NCBI GenBank assembly: GCA_041891055.1 | Contig: CP169074.1 | Span: 992,001-1,056,000 of the forward strand | DNA from: Halorutilales archaeon Cl-col2-1 | Lineage (GTDB): Archaea > Halobacteriota > Halobacteria > Halobacteriales > Afararchaeaceae | Direction: 5' to 3' | DNA: 64,000 bases | In this document: positions 50,917 to 60,544 of the stretch, one piece after another | Position numbering within the stretch: the stretch's first letter is position 1 | Layout of the letters: the number at the start of each line of letters is the position of its first letter | Program-made: the position numbers and the translations under genes | Notes under the pieces: model-generated | What the model saw: the letters and a program-made list of their open reading frames with translations, nothing else | Told to the model about the DNA's origin: nothing | Database searches by the model: none

Positions 50917-52458
50917 GTAAACTACTCCACCCTACTTCGCTCGGGCAAACCCTCGCTCGTGGAGGGATGGGGCTTTGACGTGGACTTCCGTTCTATGGCT
51001 ATGTAACCAACGGAGAGGCCTGTCTCCCCGGTCGAAGGGGCGTCAGTACTTACACGTTCACGGTCATCGTCCCGCCATTTAGCGCAACGTTTACGGGTGC
51101 GCCTCCGCCGCCCCCAGTCTGGTTGCGACGGAGTAGCCGCCGACAACACCGCACCGCCACGTTCTTTGCTGCGTTGTAGTCGGCGTGATTCTCGTAGCCA
51201 CACTTCTGGCACTCGAACTGTTCTTGCGTGGGGCGGTTGTCTTCGTGGGTGAATCCACAACTGCTACACCGCTGTGAGGTGTAGTAGGCTGACACCGTCT
51301 TAGCCTGTGGACTCCGCTCCAACTCCTCAACATCGATTCCGTAGGCCTTCGCTTTGTACTCGACGTAGTTATACAGGCGGTTAAACCGCCAGCGGTGGTG
51401 CCACGTTGCCCCCTGCGCCCGTTTCCGGATGTCGGTCAAGTCCTCGAAGGCGATCACCGAACAGTCGTATTCGACCGCTTCGTCGACAATTTCGTTGGCA
51501 ACGATATGGAGATACTGCTTGTAGTACGCACGTTCTTTTTCTCCGACATGTTGTAGAGTGCGGTGGGCTTCCTGTGTACCACGTTCTTGAAGTGATCTAC
51601 GTCGCTTCTCGAACTCACGGTGCCAGTGGTCGAGTTCGTCGCCCGTCCAGAACGTGCCGGTTGATGCGACAGCAAGGTTCTCGACGCCGAGGTCGATCCC
51701 GAGGACTGTGTTGTGCTCGGGGACATCAGCGTCAGTTTCTGTGTCGTCTTCAGTGCGTTTGAAGCCGATGTGGAGCCAGAACTTGTCTTCGAACGGCTTG
51801 TAGTGGAGTGTGCTGGTGCGGAACTCCCAGTCGTCGTTTTCGAGGTATTCTTCGAAAGGAGTGTCTGCTGTGTCGTTTGGGAGTACGTAGTCTGCTTCGA
51901 TACGTCCATCCACGGTGGACAGCGAGATATGGTCATCATGGAAGGTAGCGGCTCGTTTGTCGAAACGAGCCGTGTCAGCGGTAAACTCGGGTTGGCTGGT
52001 TTTTTCGTTCTTTTCGAGACGTTCGACACCAGCTTTGACGGCTTCAACGGCTTGGAAGATAGCTTGCTGGACGAGGTTCGCCGTGAGGTCGTACTCTGAT
52101 TTCAGGTCGTGGTAGAGCTCGTCTTTTACGGCATACTTCGCTGTTTTCTTGTAGTCGTCTTCGTCCCAGCAGTGGTCGCTAGTTTCGTTAGCGCAATGTT
52201 TGTACTGGTCGATAGTGTCGAGAAGTGCGTCCTTGTCGTTGTCGTCCACGACGAGTTTAACCGGTAGCGTCCGACGCACTTCCATACTGGTTTCAACGTA
52301 TTCTATCTATTTAAATTCTTTAGGAGTGGGGGAGTTAACCGAGTACAGAGAACAGATATCGAGGAGGTATTTGACGCGCTCCTCCCCTCCCTACTGTGCT
52401 GCTTGAGAGCCTGGGCTCTCTGCGCTGCTCGTTGAGGAAGGGGGCTCCGCGCTATCTT
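50917..52458 (-). mobile_element. IS200/IS605-family tnpB-only element
   Basis: Subterminal hairpins; right end gtagtttac; removal restores ..SSA-R-VEAQ.. Confidence 0.85.
51050..52285 (-). CDS. tnpB: TnpB RNA-guided nuclease
   Basis: GIDLG / AFEDL / HADYNA; CSSC..CQKC. Confidence 0.95.
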   Translation of the reverse strand: MEVRRTLPVKLVVDDNDKDALLDTIDQYKHCANETSDHCWDEDDYKKTAKYAVKDELYHDLKSEYDLTANLVQQAIFQAVEAVKAGVERLEKNEKTSQPEFTADTARFDKRAATFHDDHISLSTVDGRIEADYVLPNDTADTPFEEYLENDDWEFRTSTLHYKPFEDKFWLHIGFKRTEDDTETDADVPEHNTVLGIDLGVENLAVASTGTFWTGDELDHWHREFEKRRRSLQERGTQEAHRTLQHVGEKERAYYKQYLHIVANEIVDEAVEYDCSVIAFEDLTDIRKRAQGATWHHRWRFNRLYNYVEYKAKAYGIDVEELERSPQAKTVSAYYTSQRCSSCGFTHEDNRPTQEQFECQKCGYENHADYNAAKNVAVRCCRRLLRRNQTGGGGGAPVNVALNGGTMTVNV

Positions 52459-52676
52459 GTGCTGAAGACTCCTTTGAGTATGGCTCGGAGAAAAAGACCC
52501 CCCTTATCGAGAGTAGCTTTAACCCGAATAGGTCTCATAGGGCTGGGCTCTGCTTCGACGTTTTTGATCCCTTCGGTTCTTTCAAGACGGTTTCGAAACC
52601 GTTTGTGAATCTCGTACCTACTGAGATGAGAGCTTGCTTCGACAGGAGAGGTCATAGAACTCTTGGCACCAGTATT

Positions 52677-53183
52677 TCAGACAGAGACTTTCTCGTCTTT
52701 TGTCTTTTCTACAGAAGTATACATGCTGACAGCATGTTTTATCATCTCGGCTCGTTGGCGGTAATACTCCCAGTCCTCCGCGAGTCTTCTTCGTTCTCTT
52801 GCTTCTTCACCGGAGAGGTCTTGGTCACCTATAGAAGCTCGGAGTTCGTCGGGAGAAGAAACTCCATAACTGTCTCGCCATTCATCTATGTCTTCTCGGA
52901 TCGAGACAAGCTCATCAGTTAGCTCTTGTTTACTGTATTCTTCTATCAGTTCACGGACTTGATCAAAGTACTGAGTGACAGGATCAGGTCGATATAGAGT
53001 CTCACGTCCATTCTGTATCTCCGAGATCTTGTTTAGTTCGACTATATGCTGTAGATACTTCTCAGCAGTATTTCGTGCTACACCTGCCATTTCAGCTATC
53101 TCTCCTGCATTGCGGGGTTCACGAACTGTCATAGCCACCTCCTCTATCCTCTCAAACTTATCCTCGTGGTCAGCCTGGGTCAT
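52677..53183 (-). CDS. wHTH + coiled-coil antitoxin/regulator (third paralog)
   Basis: AGEIAEMAGVARNTAEKYL. Confidence 0.8.
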   Translation of the reverse strand: MTQADHEDKFERIEEVAMTVREPRNAGEIAEMAGVARNTAEKYLQHIVELNKISEIQNGRETLYRPDPVTQYFDQVRELIEEYSKQELTDELVSIREDIDEWRDSYGVSSPDELRASIGDQDLSGEEARERRRLAEDWEYYRQRAEMIKHAVSMYTSVEKTKDEKVSV

Positions 53184-53201
53184 ATACTCACTACGTAGCC
53201 C

Positions 53202-53327
53202 TTATTTTAATATCTTACTACAGGATTCATTATGCTGATCTTGTGCACGTTGAGTATCATATCCATTGGATCGAAGAGCGTTAACCACTGCACCTGGGAC
53301 GTGTTCGTCAACTACGATGTCGAACAT
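53202..53327 (-). pseudogene. Truncated DUF5615-like PIN toxin
   Basis: MFDIVVDEHVPGAVVNALRSNGYD followed by an early stop. Confidence 0.75.
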
Positions 53328-53603
53328 CTACTTTTCAGCTTTTTCAGGGGCATTTGACATCTTGATCAGCTCCTCCTCTAGCTCTCTGTGTCTCTCACGT
53401 ATCTTCTCCATCTCATCAGGATGTCGGTAGTAATACGCTAGGGCTTCGTGTACTTCATCGAGTCCTAACTCGAGCTGATCGGCTACATATTCTGGGGACT
53501 CACCGTTTTTAATAACCATATCAGCTATCTGTATCACCGAGACACGTCTACCCTCAAGACGTGGCTCACCTCCGAGTGTGTCTTCAGTCTTTACAACTGT
53601 CAT
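53328..53603 (-). CDS. DUF433 antitoxin
   Basis: LGGEPRLEGRRVSV..VHEALAYY. Confidence 0.9.
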   Translation of the reverse strand: MTVVKTEDTLGGEPRLEGRRVSVIQIADMVIKNGESPEYVADQLELGLDEVHEALAYYYRHPDEMEKIRERHRELEEELIKMSNAPEKAEK

Positions 53604-53824
53604 TCTACCACCATCCACACGAGAGAGTTACCGACTAGCTTGCTCTTCACACGTCCGTCTTCTTCGATCTTTCGAAGACGATAGTCGGCGTTTTGACGTG
53701 AGCATCCCACAGTATCTCCTATCTCTTTCGTAGATGCAGGCTCATTCTCACGTATAGCATCTATAAACTCATTGTCGGCAAATGACGGTTCAAATTCACC
53801 GGTCGAAGATCTTTGTCGCCCCAT
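53600..53824 (-). CDS. Small wHTH protein
   Basis: STKEIGDTVGCSRQNADYRL. Confidence 0.8.
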   Translation of the reverse strand: MGRQRSSTGEFEPSFADNEFIDAIRENEPASTKEIGDTVGCSRQNADYRLRKIEEDGRVKSKLVGNSLVWMVVE

Positions 53825-53904
53825 TATACCACTAATAGATCATCCATCCACTTAATCATTATCTCCATAGCAAAAGATACCAGCAAGATAAAGCTAAGAA
53901 CAAT

Positions 53905-54184
53905 TCTGAGAAAGTCTTGTCTAGAGTCTCTACCCAACTCTATTTCTTCATCCTCAAGAAACTCGCAGACATCGTGTACATAATGCCGTACGTGGTGCTA
54001 TTCTTCTCTCCACGAGAGTTACAGATAGAATTCTATCTCTTCTCTAGGATAGGCAGTCTATACCGTCCAAGGTTTGTTCTGTCCCATTAGCTAACCAACA
54101 TTCTCTAGAGAATTTTCGAAAGTGTTGGTTAGCTCCCCGAACACACTCTATACAAACCAATTTGTGCATCCGAGATAGTTTGGA
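53905..54184 (+). repeat. Long non-coding repeat, copy 2
   Basis: Aligns with 47492-47777. Confidence 0.92.
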
Positions 54185-54331
54185 TATCTCTTATACTCCA
54201 AAGTAGGTGGTGAATTAGGTCAGGTGACCCAGTTCACTAGTGAGAACATGATTCATACCTCCATGTGTCACATATAAATAGAAGTCACTTTATTAATAAA
54301 CTATTTAAGTAATAGTAACGTTAAGCGTAAT

Positions 54332-55033
54332 ATGAAACGTGGTGTGAAAGAAGAACATGATAAAAGCGGTATATCGATCTCTCTCCCGGTGCCTTCTCTC
54401 GACTCTGATCTGTTCAAACACAAAGCTACTAATAACGTACTTCTATTTCTATCACATCACAGACAGGACGAGTTTACTATATCTGAGATAGCTTCTCAGA
54501 CAGGGCATACTCAGCCATCAGTAAAGAGATCGGTAGACGTTCTAGAGAAAAACGATCTAGTCATAGATAATCCTCAGGGCAACAGACGTCTGATACGAAT
54601 AAACCGTGAACGGCTTTCTGTGCCAGATGATCCCTATCTTCAGATACCTCAGATACAGTTTCAGAAACCCGTAAAAGAAGCTGTCGAACAACTGAAGAAA
54701 GGTCTCAAAGATGTTGAAGCTGTAGTCCTATATGGGAGTGTAGCTCGGGGAGAAGCAGATAGCCGGAGTGACATCGACCTATGGATCCTCGTTACTGAAG
54801 ACAGAGCTAAAAACCAAAGAAAAGCTAACAAAATAAAATTAGACCTCGAAGAAAAAAGATTTGACGGCGATAGGTATAGCTATGACATCGATGTCGAGTC
54901 TATTTCTGCTATACCTAGATACACAGAAGACCTACGACAGATAGTCGTCTCCGGGATCCCAGTCTATCAGACAGAGAAGTTCAAAACTGTCGAAAAGATC
55001 CTAATGGAGGATCTGGAGGGAGAAGATGACTGA
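54332..55033 (+). CDS. HTH-fused minimal nucleotidyltransferase (MNT antitoxin)
   Basis: LYGSVARGEADSRSDIDL. Confidence 0.9.
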   Translation: MKRGVKEEHDKSGISISLPVPSLDSDLFKHKATNNVLLFLSHHRQDEFTISEIASQTGHTQPSVKRSVDVLEKNDLVIDNPQGNRRLIRINRERLSVPDDPYLQIPQIQFQKPVKEAVEQLKKGLKDVEAVVLYGSVARGEADSRSDIDLWILVTEDRAKNQRKANKIKLDLEEKRFDGDRYSYDIDVESISAIPRYTEDLRQIVVSGIPVYQTEKFKTVEKILMEDLEGEDD

Positions 55034-55225
55034 TCCCAGCTCTATCGTGGATGCTATCGGCCGTGCAGAAGACGCATTCGAAGAGAGAGCCGGAGGAGTG
55101 CCAAAGTACGAAGAAGGTATTGCCTCGGGCGGGGGCTGGGAGACACAGATGAGTTAGCTGAAGAAGTCCATAGCTTCGTCGTCGATCAGATCAGAGAAGG
55201 TGGTGTATGTATCTGTAGTTTGTGA
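55026..55225 (+). pseudogene. HEPN-like partner with a large internal deletion
   Basis: MTDPSSIVDAIGRAEDAF..WETQ joined out of frame to ELAEEVHSFVVDQI..CICSL*. Confidence 0.7.
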
Positions 55226-55270
55226 TGGTATCGGATACAATACAAAAGCCATTCTCCGAGAGTCTGATCA

Positions 55271-55317
55271 TAGCTAACCAACATTCTCTAGAGGATTTTC
55301 GAAAATGTTGGTTAACT
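55271..55317 (+). repeat. Hairpin-only copy of the non-coding repeat
   Basis: tagctaaccaacattctctagaggattttcgaaaatgttggttaact. Confidence 0.9.
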
Positions 55318-55342
55318 ATTTCTTGAGCTTTCTTGCCTCGGA

Positions 55343-55750
55343 CTACGCCGTAACAGGTATATCGACGCTAATACTGTCGTACCAGACTGTGGGCTTCTTT
55401 CTCCTGCCTTCTTCTTCAAGCTCTATTAACCCGAGTTTCTCTAGCTCGGTAACACTATCATGTACTTGGCGTACGTCTCGATCTACTCGACGTGCGAGGT
55501 CACGTATACTCTCGACGTTTTCTCGGGCTATGGTTCGTATGAGTTCTAGATTTCTGTCGTCGAAAATCTCGTTAACTCGCTCTTCTGTCTCGAGTGTCAG
55601 ACCGTAGCTCTCTTCGGGCTCTTCGCCCTCATCGATTGCTTTCATAGCCTCGGCGACGGGGTCTTGGTGTCGAGTCGCGCTAACTCCGGCTACTTTGACG
55701 TGTAAGACTTTCTTTCCGTCGGGGTTCTTGGTGTCGGCTTCTATCGCCAT
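55343..55750 (-). CDS. HVO_A0114-like HTH antitoxin
   Basis: SIRDLARRVDRDVRQVHDSVTELEKLGLI..KPTVWYD. Confidence 0.85.
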   Translation of the reverse strand: MAIEADTKNPDGKKVLHVKVAGVSATRHQDPVAEAMKAIDEGEEPEESYGLTLETEERVNEIFDDRNLELIRTIARENVESIRDLARRVDRDVRQVHDSVTELEKLGLIELEEEGRRKKPTVWYDSISVDIPVTA

Positions 55751-56038
55751 AATGTATCAACTCCTTCGTTTTTCTTGACGTATTCTCTGAAACGTTCGTA
55801 TGCCTCGAAGTACTCGATATCGACATCCACCGGATTTTCTTCACCTTCGTGCTTCTCGAAGACTCCATGGCTGTTATCGTATCGAAGCAGTGTTTCACCG
55901 TTCTGAGTCCCGTAGTGTAACCGTATTTTTGTATCCGTCAGGATACTTTTCGGATTCGGGCACTTCAAGTATCACGGCACGAACTACCGTATCTTCGAAC
56001 TCCCGGGTCTCATCAACGACGCGTTCGATATCCGACAT
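55741..56038 (-). pseudogene. DUF6516/TumE-like toxin with a +1 frameshift in an A5 run
   Basis: MSDIERV..VPESEKYPDGYK | RLHYG..RYDNSHG; span 298 nt = 3n+1. Confidence 0.8.
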
Positions 56039-56043
56039 CTACT

Positions 56044-56068
56044 ACATTGTTGTTAAATCCTACAACAA
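56044..56068. promoter_or_regulatory. Palindromic operator upstream of the DUF6516 operon
   Basis: attgttgt-taaatcct-acaacaat. Confidence 0.55.
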
Positions 56069-56237
56069 TAAAACGTTGTGGGGTCTTAACAACAGTCCTC
56101 CATTCTCATCTCTGAAAAACGTAGCTGGGAGAGTAACTCGTATGTTCAGCATTCGAGAAACTGGTTCGAGTCTCGGGATTGACGACGCATTACCACAAAA
56201 CTACGATAGCTGATAGTCAGGGTTCAGTCACTCCTCA

Positions 56238-56804
56238 CTAATTATCGAGATACTCCTGCCGTAGATGCTCGATGTACTGCGGATCCCAAGATTTAGTTTC
56301 GACGTAGTAGGTAAGCGCAGAGTCAACATACTCCGCGGGCAGAATCTCGTGTGTCGCTAACGCACAGAGTAGATGCGGTGTTGTAAACAGTGTGTTTCGG
56401 TCGTCGAGTGCGAGGTTAACGAAGAGATAGTTGGTACTGTTGAACTCATCTGTGACAAAAAGATCTGCCTCTAACTCGTTTGCCAGCCAGATGCTCTCAG
56501 ACTCTCCACGATCGAGACCGTAGTCGAGATCCACGTCGTTGAAGTCGTCGGTATCGTGTGTCGTCAGATGGTGGGATGCCTGGAGCACGAGGTCAGCGGC
56601 TGCGGACAATAGGTCGTCGTTCTCCGTCGCTTCGGCGACCTCGCCCAAGACAGCCGCAGGTATATGGATATCGTATACGTTGAGGAGAGCCTTGAGTGGA
56701 TCAGCACCCGAAGGAGACCGCGAACGCCCGTCAACGACAGGTGTAGCGACGTTTAACAGAACATTTGTGTCGACAACAGCAATCGCCTTCTCCGGCATCG
56801 TCAT
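56238..56804 (-). CDS. PIN-domain toxin
   Basis: VVDTNVL, GEV, DRGESESI, VTDE. Confidence 0.85.
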   Translation of the reverse strand: MTMPEKAIAVVDTNVLLNVATPVVDGRSRSPSGADPLKALLNVYDIHIPAAVLGEVAEATENDDLLSAAADLVLQASHHLTTHDTDDFNDVDLDYGLDRGESESIWLANELEADLFVTDEFNSTNYLFVNLALDDRNTLFTTPHLLCALATHEILPAEYVDSALTYYVETKSWDPQYIEHLRQEYLDN

Positions 56805-57184
56805 CTCTGTGATCCACTGTCCGACTCAGACTGCGTCCACTCTGGGACATCGCCGTCATAGAAGGCATCGTCAGTCGGGAGACTGTCCTCAAGCCGGGGT
56901 TCAGGAGGAGCCCTGTCGATCGACTCACGGAGGAGTTTCATCCGGAGTGCTTCTTCACGTCCGAGTATCTCTTCGACTGTGTCATACTCGACACGGTCGT
57001 TATAGTATGCGTCGCTGAGACGTCGGCGAAACTCCTTGTCATCTGCGAGCTCTTCGAGTTCGTCTTCTAGTGCATCGATAAGGAGACGGGTGCGGGATAT
57101 ATCGAGGACTTCAACGACGCTGTCGGCACGCTCAACTAGAGATTTCGGGGCATTAAAATCGACACGGGTTTTCTCCTCAGCCAT
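56801..57184 (-). CDS. RHH antitoxin
   Basis: RVDFNAPKSLVERAD..SRTRLLIDAL. Confidence 0.8.
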   Translation of the reverse strand: MAEEKTRVDFNAPKSLVERADSVVEVLDISRTRLLIDALEDELEELADDKEFRRRLSDAYYNDRVEYDTVEEILGREEALRMKLLRESIDRAPPEPRLEDSLPTDDAFYDGDVPEWTQSESDSGSQR

Positions 57185-57446
57185 CAGTTCATGTGTAGAC
57201 CCTACACATACTTAAACCTCTCGCCAGTATAGACCGACCTGACATCCTCCCACGACTGAAGACACGGTGGAGTTGGATCTATGTATTCGACATACATTGG
57301 GTATTCGACACTCTAATAGCAAGAATACAAGAAAGAACGGAGTTCTATGGAGAGTAAGCCCTCAGAGCCGACTCCAGAGCGTAGGTAGAGACCTAGCTAA
57401 CACTCCTCACACGGTACTTTATCCGTCGTCGGAACGTAGTAGTCTT

Positions 57447-57737
57447 ATGAGTAAGAAAACCCAGACAGGTCACCGTAACCTACGTATGCCCGAGGGCGAC
57501 GAGTTATTCGCCGTAGTCACACAGCACAACGGAGGCAACCATGTGAGTATCAGATGTGAGGACGGTGAGGAGCGCATGGGACGTATCCCGGGACGTATGA
57601 AGTACAGGACATGGATAGAGGAGGGCGACATCGTAATAGCCGAGCCCTGGGACTGGCAGGACGGCAAGGCTAACATAGAGTGGAGATACGACAGCCAGGA
57701 CGCCGACCAGCTTCGTGAAGAAGGACATATAGACTAA
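57447..57737 (+). CDS. eif1A: Translation initiation factor aIF-1A
   Basis: [31 protein letters not shown]. Confidence 0.95.
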   Translation: MSKKTQTGHRNLRMPEGDELFAVVTQHNGGNHVSIRCEDGEERMGRIPGRMKYRTWIEEGDIVIAEPWDWQDGKANIEWRYDSQDADQLREEGHID

Positions 57738-57882
57738 CTCTTCTCTACTTAGTAAGTAAGCTGTATTCTCTATTATTGTAAACTTACGACTGGCTAACTA
57801 TATCTACGACAGAGCCCAAGCTACCGGATCTCAACTAATTAACACAAACAAAAGAATCTTCTGTCTAACTTAAAATCCGAGC

Positions 57883-58083
57883 TTATACGCGGACGACGTC
57901 CGTCGCGCGGGGACCCTTGGGAGCCTCTTCTATCTCGAACTCTATCTCTGTGCCCTCTGTGAGGTCGTCACCGCCGACGTCCTCCATGTGGAAGAAGACA
58001 TCCTCGCCTTCCTCCGTCGCGTCAGTCTCTATGAAACCGTAACCGCCTGTGTCGTTGAAGAAGTCAACCTTACCGTTTGCCAT
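57883..58083 (-). CDS. cspA: Cold-shock protein
   Basis: GKVDFFNDTGGYGFI..DVFFH. Confidence 0.95.
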   Translation of the reverse strand: MANGKVDFFNDTGGYGFIETDATEEGEDVFFHMEDVGGDDLTEGTEIEFEIEEAPKGPRATDVVRV

Positions 58084-58300
58084 TGCAACTTAACAAACTG
58101 AACGTACACGGATAAAACTTCCGTATCTGTATGCTGAGAACAGTGAGGAGTAAACAGATGTTCTGATACACAGACTCTGAGGCGAATCCTACTGTAGATA
58201 CGGTGTTCTGACGACAGATACCGACCGATCTGTCACAAATACGTCCGAGTTCGGGTTTTGTACCATAAGTATAATACTACACAGATGTGTCTAACCTCCA

Positions 58301-58861
58301 ATGCCGAGGTCTGGCGAGGAAGGTGTGTCACCTGTTATAGGTGTCGTGCTTCTCGTGGCTACCGTAGTCCTACTTGCGGCGGGGGTCTTCTTCTCAGTCT
58401 CGGGGACAGCCTCACAGCTGAGTCAGCCGAAGATGGTGGGTATCGAAGCGGGTACTCTCAAAGCCGACGAGGTATGCGAGGGAGGCTACTGTGACCAGAC
58501 GGTACGTCTCCGCAACGTCGCTGGCGGCGATATCGACGTCTCGGAGACCGAGATAGTCGTCGAACTCCCGAACGGAAACGCGGGTAGGCTCGTCGATCTG
58601 CCGTCGGACGACAGAGACCTCGACGACGAGAACGTCGAAGGAGACGACATCTTCTCCCTGAGTGCTCTCCAAGCAGGAGGATCTATAACAGAAGGAGGCT
58701 CCGACACCGACGGCGTCTGGTCGTCGGGTGAGAAGATTAGGTTCAGGATAAAGCAGAGCGACGACGGAATGAGCCTCGAACCGGGAGACGAGGTGAGGGT
58801 CAGGGTAGTCGACACTGCGTCGGGCACGGTTATTTATAGACAGAGCCTGACAGCCGAGTAA
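58301..58861 (+). CDS. Archaeal type IV pilin-like protein
   Basis: Class III signal G|VSPVIGVVLLVA. Confidence 0.85.
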   Translation: MPRSGEEGVSPVIGVVLLVATVVLLAAGVFFSVSGTASQLSQPKMVGIEAGTLKADEVCEGGYCDQTVRLRNVAGGDIDVSETEIVVELPNGNAGRLVDLPSDDRDLDDENVEGDDIFSLSALQAGGSITEGGSDTDGVWSSGEKIRFRIKQSDDGMSLEPGDEVRVRVVDTASGTVIYRQSLTAE

Positions 58862-58901
58862 GCCAAAGACTGATACGTCGAAAATGCATACATGTACATA
58901 C

Positions 58902-59153
58902 ATGGGAACCAAGACAATCTCCCTCTCGGACGACGCTTACGAGAAGCTAAAAGCAGAGAAAAAGGAAGGTGAAAGCTTCAGCGACGTTGTTAGACGATTG
59001 ACATCTAAAAACATCAGTCTCAGGGACTTTCACGGTATTTTGTCAGAGGGGAGTGCGGAAGAAATAAGAGAGGTAGTTCAAAAAAGAAGACAAGATAGGC
59101 AGGAAATTAGGGAGCAAAGACGTGAGAATTTAGTAGAAAGACTCGGAAAATGA
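58902..59153 (+). CDS. vapB: VapB-family antitoxin
   Basis: TKTISLSDDAYEKL..ESFSDVVRRL. Confidence 0.9.
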   Translation: MGTKTISLSDDAYEKLKAEKKEGESFSDVVRRLTSKNISLRDFHGILSEGSAEEIREVVQKRRQDRQEIREQRRENLVERLGK

Positions 59154-59539
59154 TACTTGACACAACATTTCTCATCGATGTCCTCGACGGGAAAGAAGAA
59201 GCCAGGGAGGCTGAGGAGGTACTCGATAAGAGAGGATCAGCACACGTCACACCGGTATCGGTGATGGAGCTTCTGGAGGGTGCATATCTCTCTGACACGA
59301 CGGACGAAGAGATAGAGGCAGTCAGGACACTTCTCGAAGGACTGAATCATTACAGCTTCGACACCGAAGACGGCATAGCCGCTGGAAAGATTAGTGCTGA
59401 TCTGATACAGAAAGGTGAAAGAGTAGGAATTGAGGACACGATGATAGGAGCCGTTGCACTCAACGAGAACGAGAAAGTCCTCACACGTAATGTCTCGGAT
59501 TTCGAGAGAATAGAAGGCGTCGAGGTCGAGAGTTACTAA
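59150..59539 (+). CDS. vapC: VapC PIN toxin
   Basis: MILDTTFLID, MEL, EDTMIG, TRNVSDF. Confidence 0.92.
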   Translation: MILDTTFLIDVLDGKEEAREAEEVLDKRGSAHVTPVSVMELLEGAYLSDTTDEEIEAVRTLLEGLNHYSFDTEDGIAAGKISADLIQKGERVGIEDTMIGAVALNENEKVLTRNVSDFERIEGVEVESY

Positions 59540-60499
59540 TTACATATACCCGAGATCGCGGAGACGCTCCATCAGGTCTTCCTTGTCCTGTGCACGTCCG
59601 GCTCTCTCGGTCGTCTCGTCGAGGTTCTGTAGCCAAGCGGGCTCGTCGGCGCTCTTCTCGGTCGACACCTCGCTTCCGAGCGAACGGAATCCCTTGAAGT
59701 ACTTCGGGGAGACGGGGATGTCGTCGTGTTCGACTCCGTCGGGAAGGTCGTCGTATCCCTGGGGAACGTAGCCGTCTTCGGGGTATCCGTCGACCCACTC
59801 GGGGACTAGGAAGTTCCAGGTCGTGTCCCAGACAGCCTCCTCGTCGAACTGGAGTATCGGCTGGATACGGTCGTGGGGCGGGTACTTGTCGGAGTCGTGG
59901 CGCGGCGAGAAGAATGTCTCGTCGGCGCGTGCCTCCTGTTCGTCCCACCGCACTCCCGAGATTACGCCGTCGACGTCGTTCTCTTCGAGTGCGTCGTTGA
60001 GCGCGACAGTCTTGAGAAGATGGTTTCCGACGTAGGTGTCGAGGAGGAACGGGAAGGTGTCCTCCTCATACTCTAGCTTCTCGCGCACCTCTCTCTGGTT
60101 CTTCTCGTTGAGGTCGTCGACAAGTACCTCGTCGCCGGGCTTCTCGGCGTTGTCGGCGACATCGTCGTTCCGTGCGTATATTACGTCGAAGCCGAGTTGG
60201 TCGCTCCAGTCCTCGACGAATCCGAGTATGGAGTCGAAGTGCTGGAAATGGTCTATGAAGATAGCGGGAGGCATATCGTACCCGAGTTCATCGGCGACCT
60301 CCTTCACGACGTAGAGAGTGAGTGTCGAGTCCTTTCCGCCGGTCCACATCACAGCGGGGTTCTCGTACTCCTCGAGAGCCTTCTCACAGACATCGATGCC
60401 CTTCTCGACCTTGTCGGCGAGCGAGGGATAGTCCTCGGGGCTCTCACCCTTGCCGTCTGAGTAGTCTACGCTAACGTACTCCGGAAATCCGTCTGACAT
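59540..60499 (-). CDS. PAPS-reductase-family protein (CysD/CysH-like)
   Basis: WTGGKDS, GVRWDE, GFRSLG. Confidence 0.9.
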   Translation of the reverse strand: MSDGFPEYVSVDYSDGKGESPEDYPSLADKVEKGIDVCEKALEEYENPAVMWTGGKDSTLTLYVVKEVADELGYDMPPAIFIDHFQHFDSILGFVEDWSDQLGFDVIYARNDDVADNAEKPGDEVLVDDLNEKNQREVREKLEYEEDTFPFLLDTYVGNHLLKTVALNDALEENDVDGVISGVRWDEQEARADETFFSPRHDSDKYPPHDRIQPILQFDEEAVWDTTWNFLVPEWVDGYPEDGYVPQGYDDLPDGVEHDDIPVSPKYFKGFRSLGSEVSTEKSADEPAWLQNLDETTERAGRAQDKEDLMERLRDLGYM

Positions 60500-60544
60500 G
60501 ACGCATGTTTAGGAGAGATCGGGATAAGTGAGTTGTGGTCTACT

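Larger units (their letters stand above)
50636..52655 (-). pseudogene. Toxin-like partner gene split by a tnpB element and frameshifted in a G6 run
   Basis: 5' half MTSPVEAS..; 3' half VEAQLEIEW..CGWHQDQSHEDLGSSHFQ..NSMF*. Confidence 0.8.

Noticed and set aside
50903-52463. 7-bp agcacaa repeat near both tnpB element junctions read as a TSD
   Set aside because: IS200/IS605 elements make no TSD, the repeat is offset from the right end, and a clean junction after GCAC restores the frame.
57215-57240. gtctatac..aggttt upstream of the RHH gene as an inverted copy of the cassette core
   Set aside because: Only about 8 bp plus a promoter-like segment match; more simply a promoter.
11846-57800. Scattered (g)gctaac/gttagc motifs in intergenic DNA
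   Set aside because: Too short to distinguish from chance without genome-wide counts.
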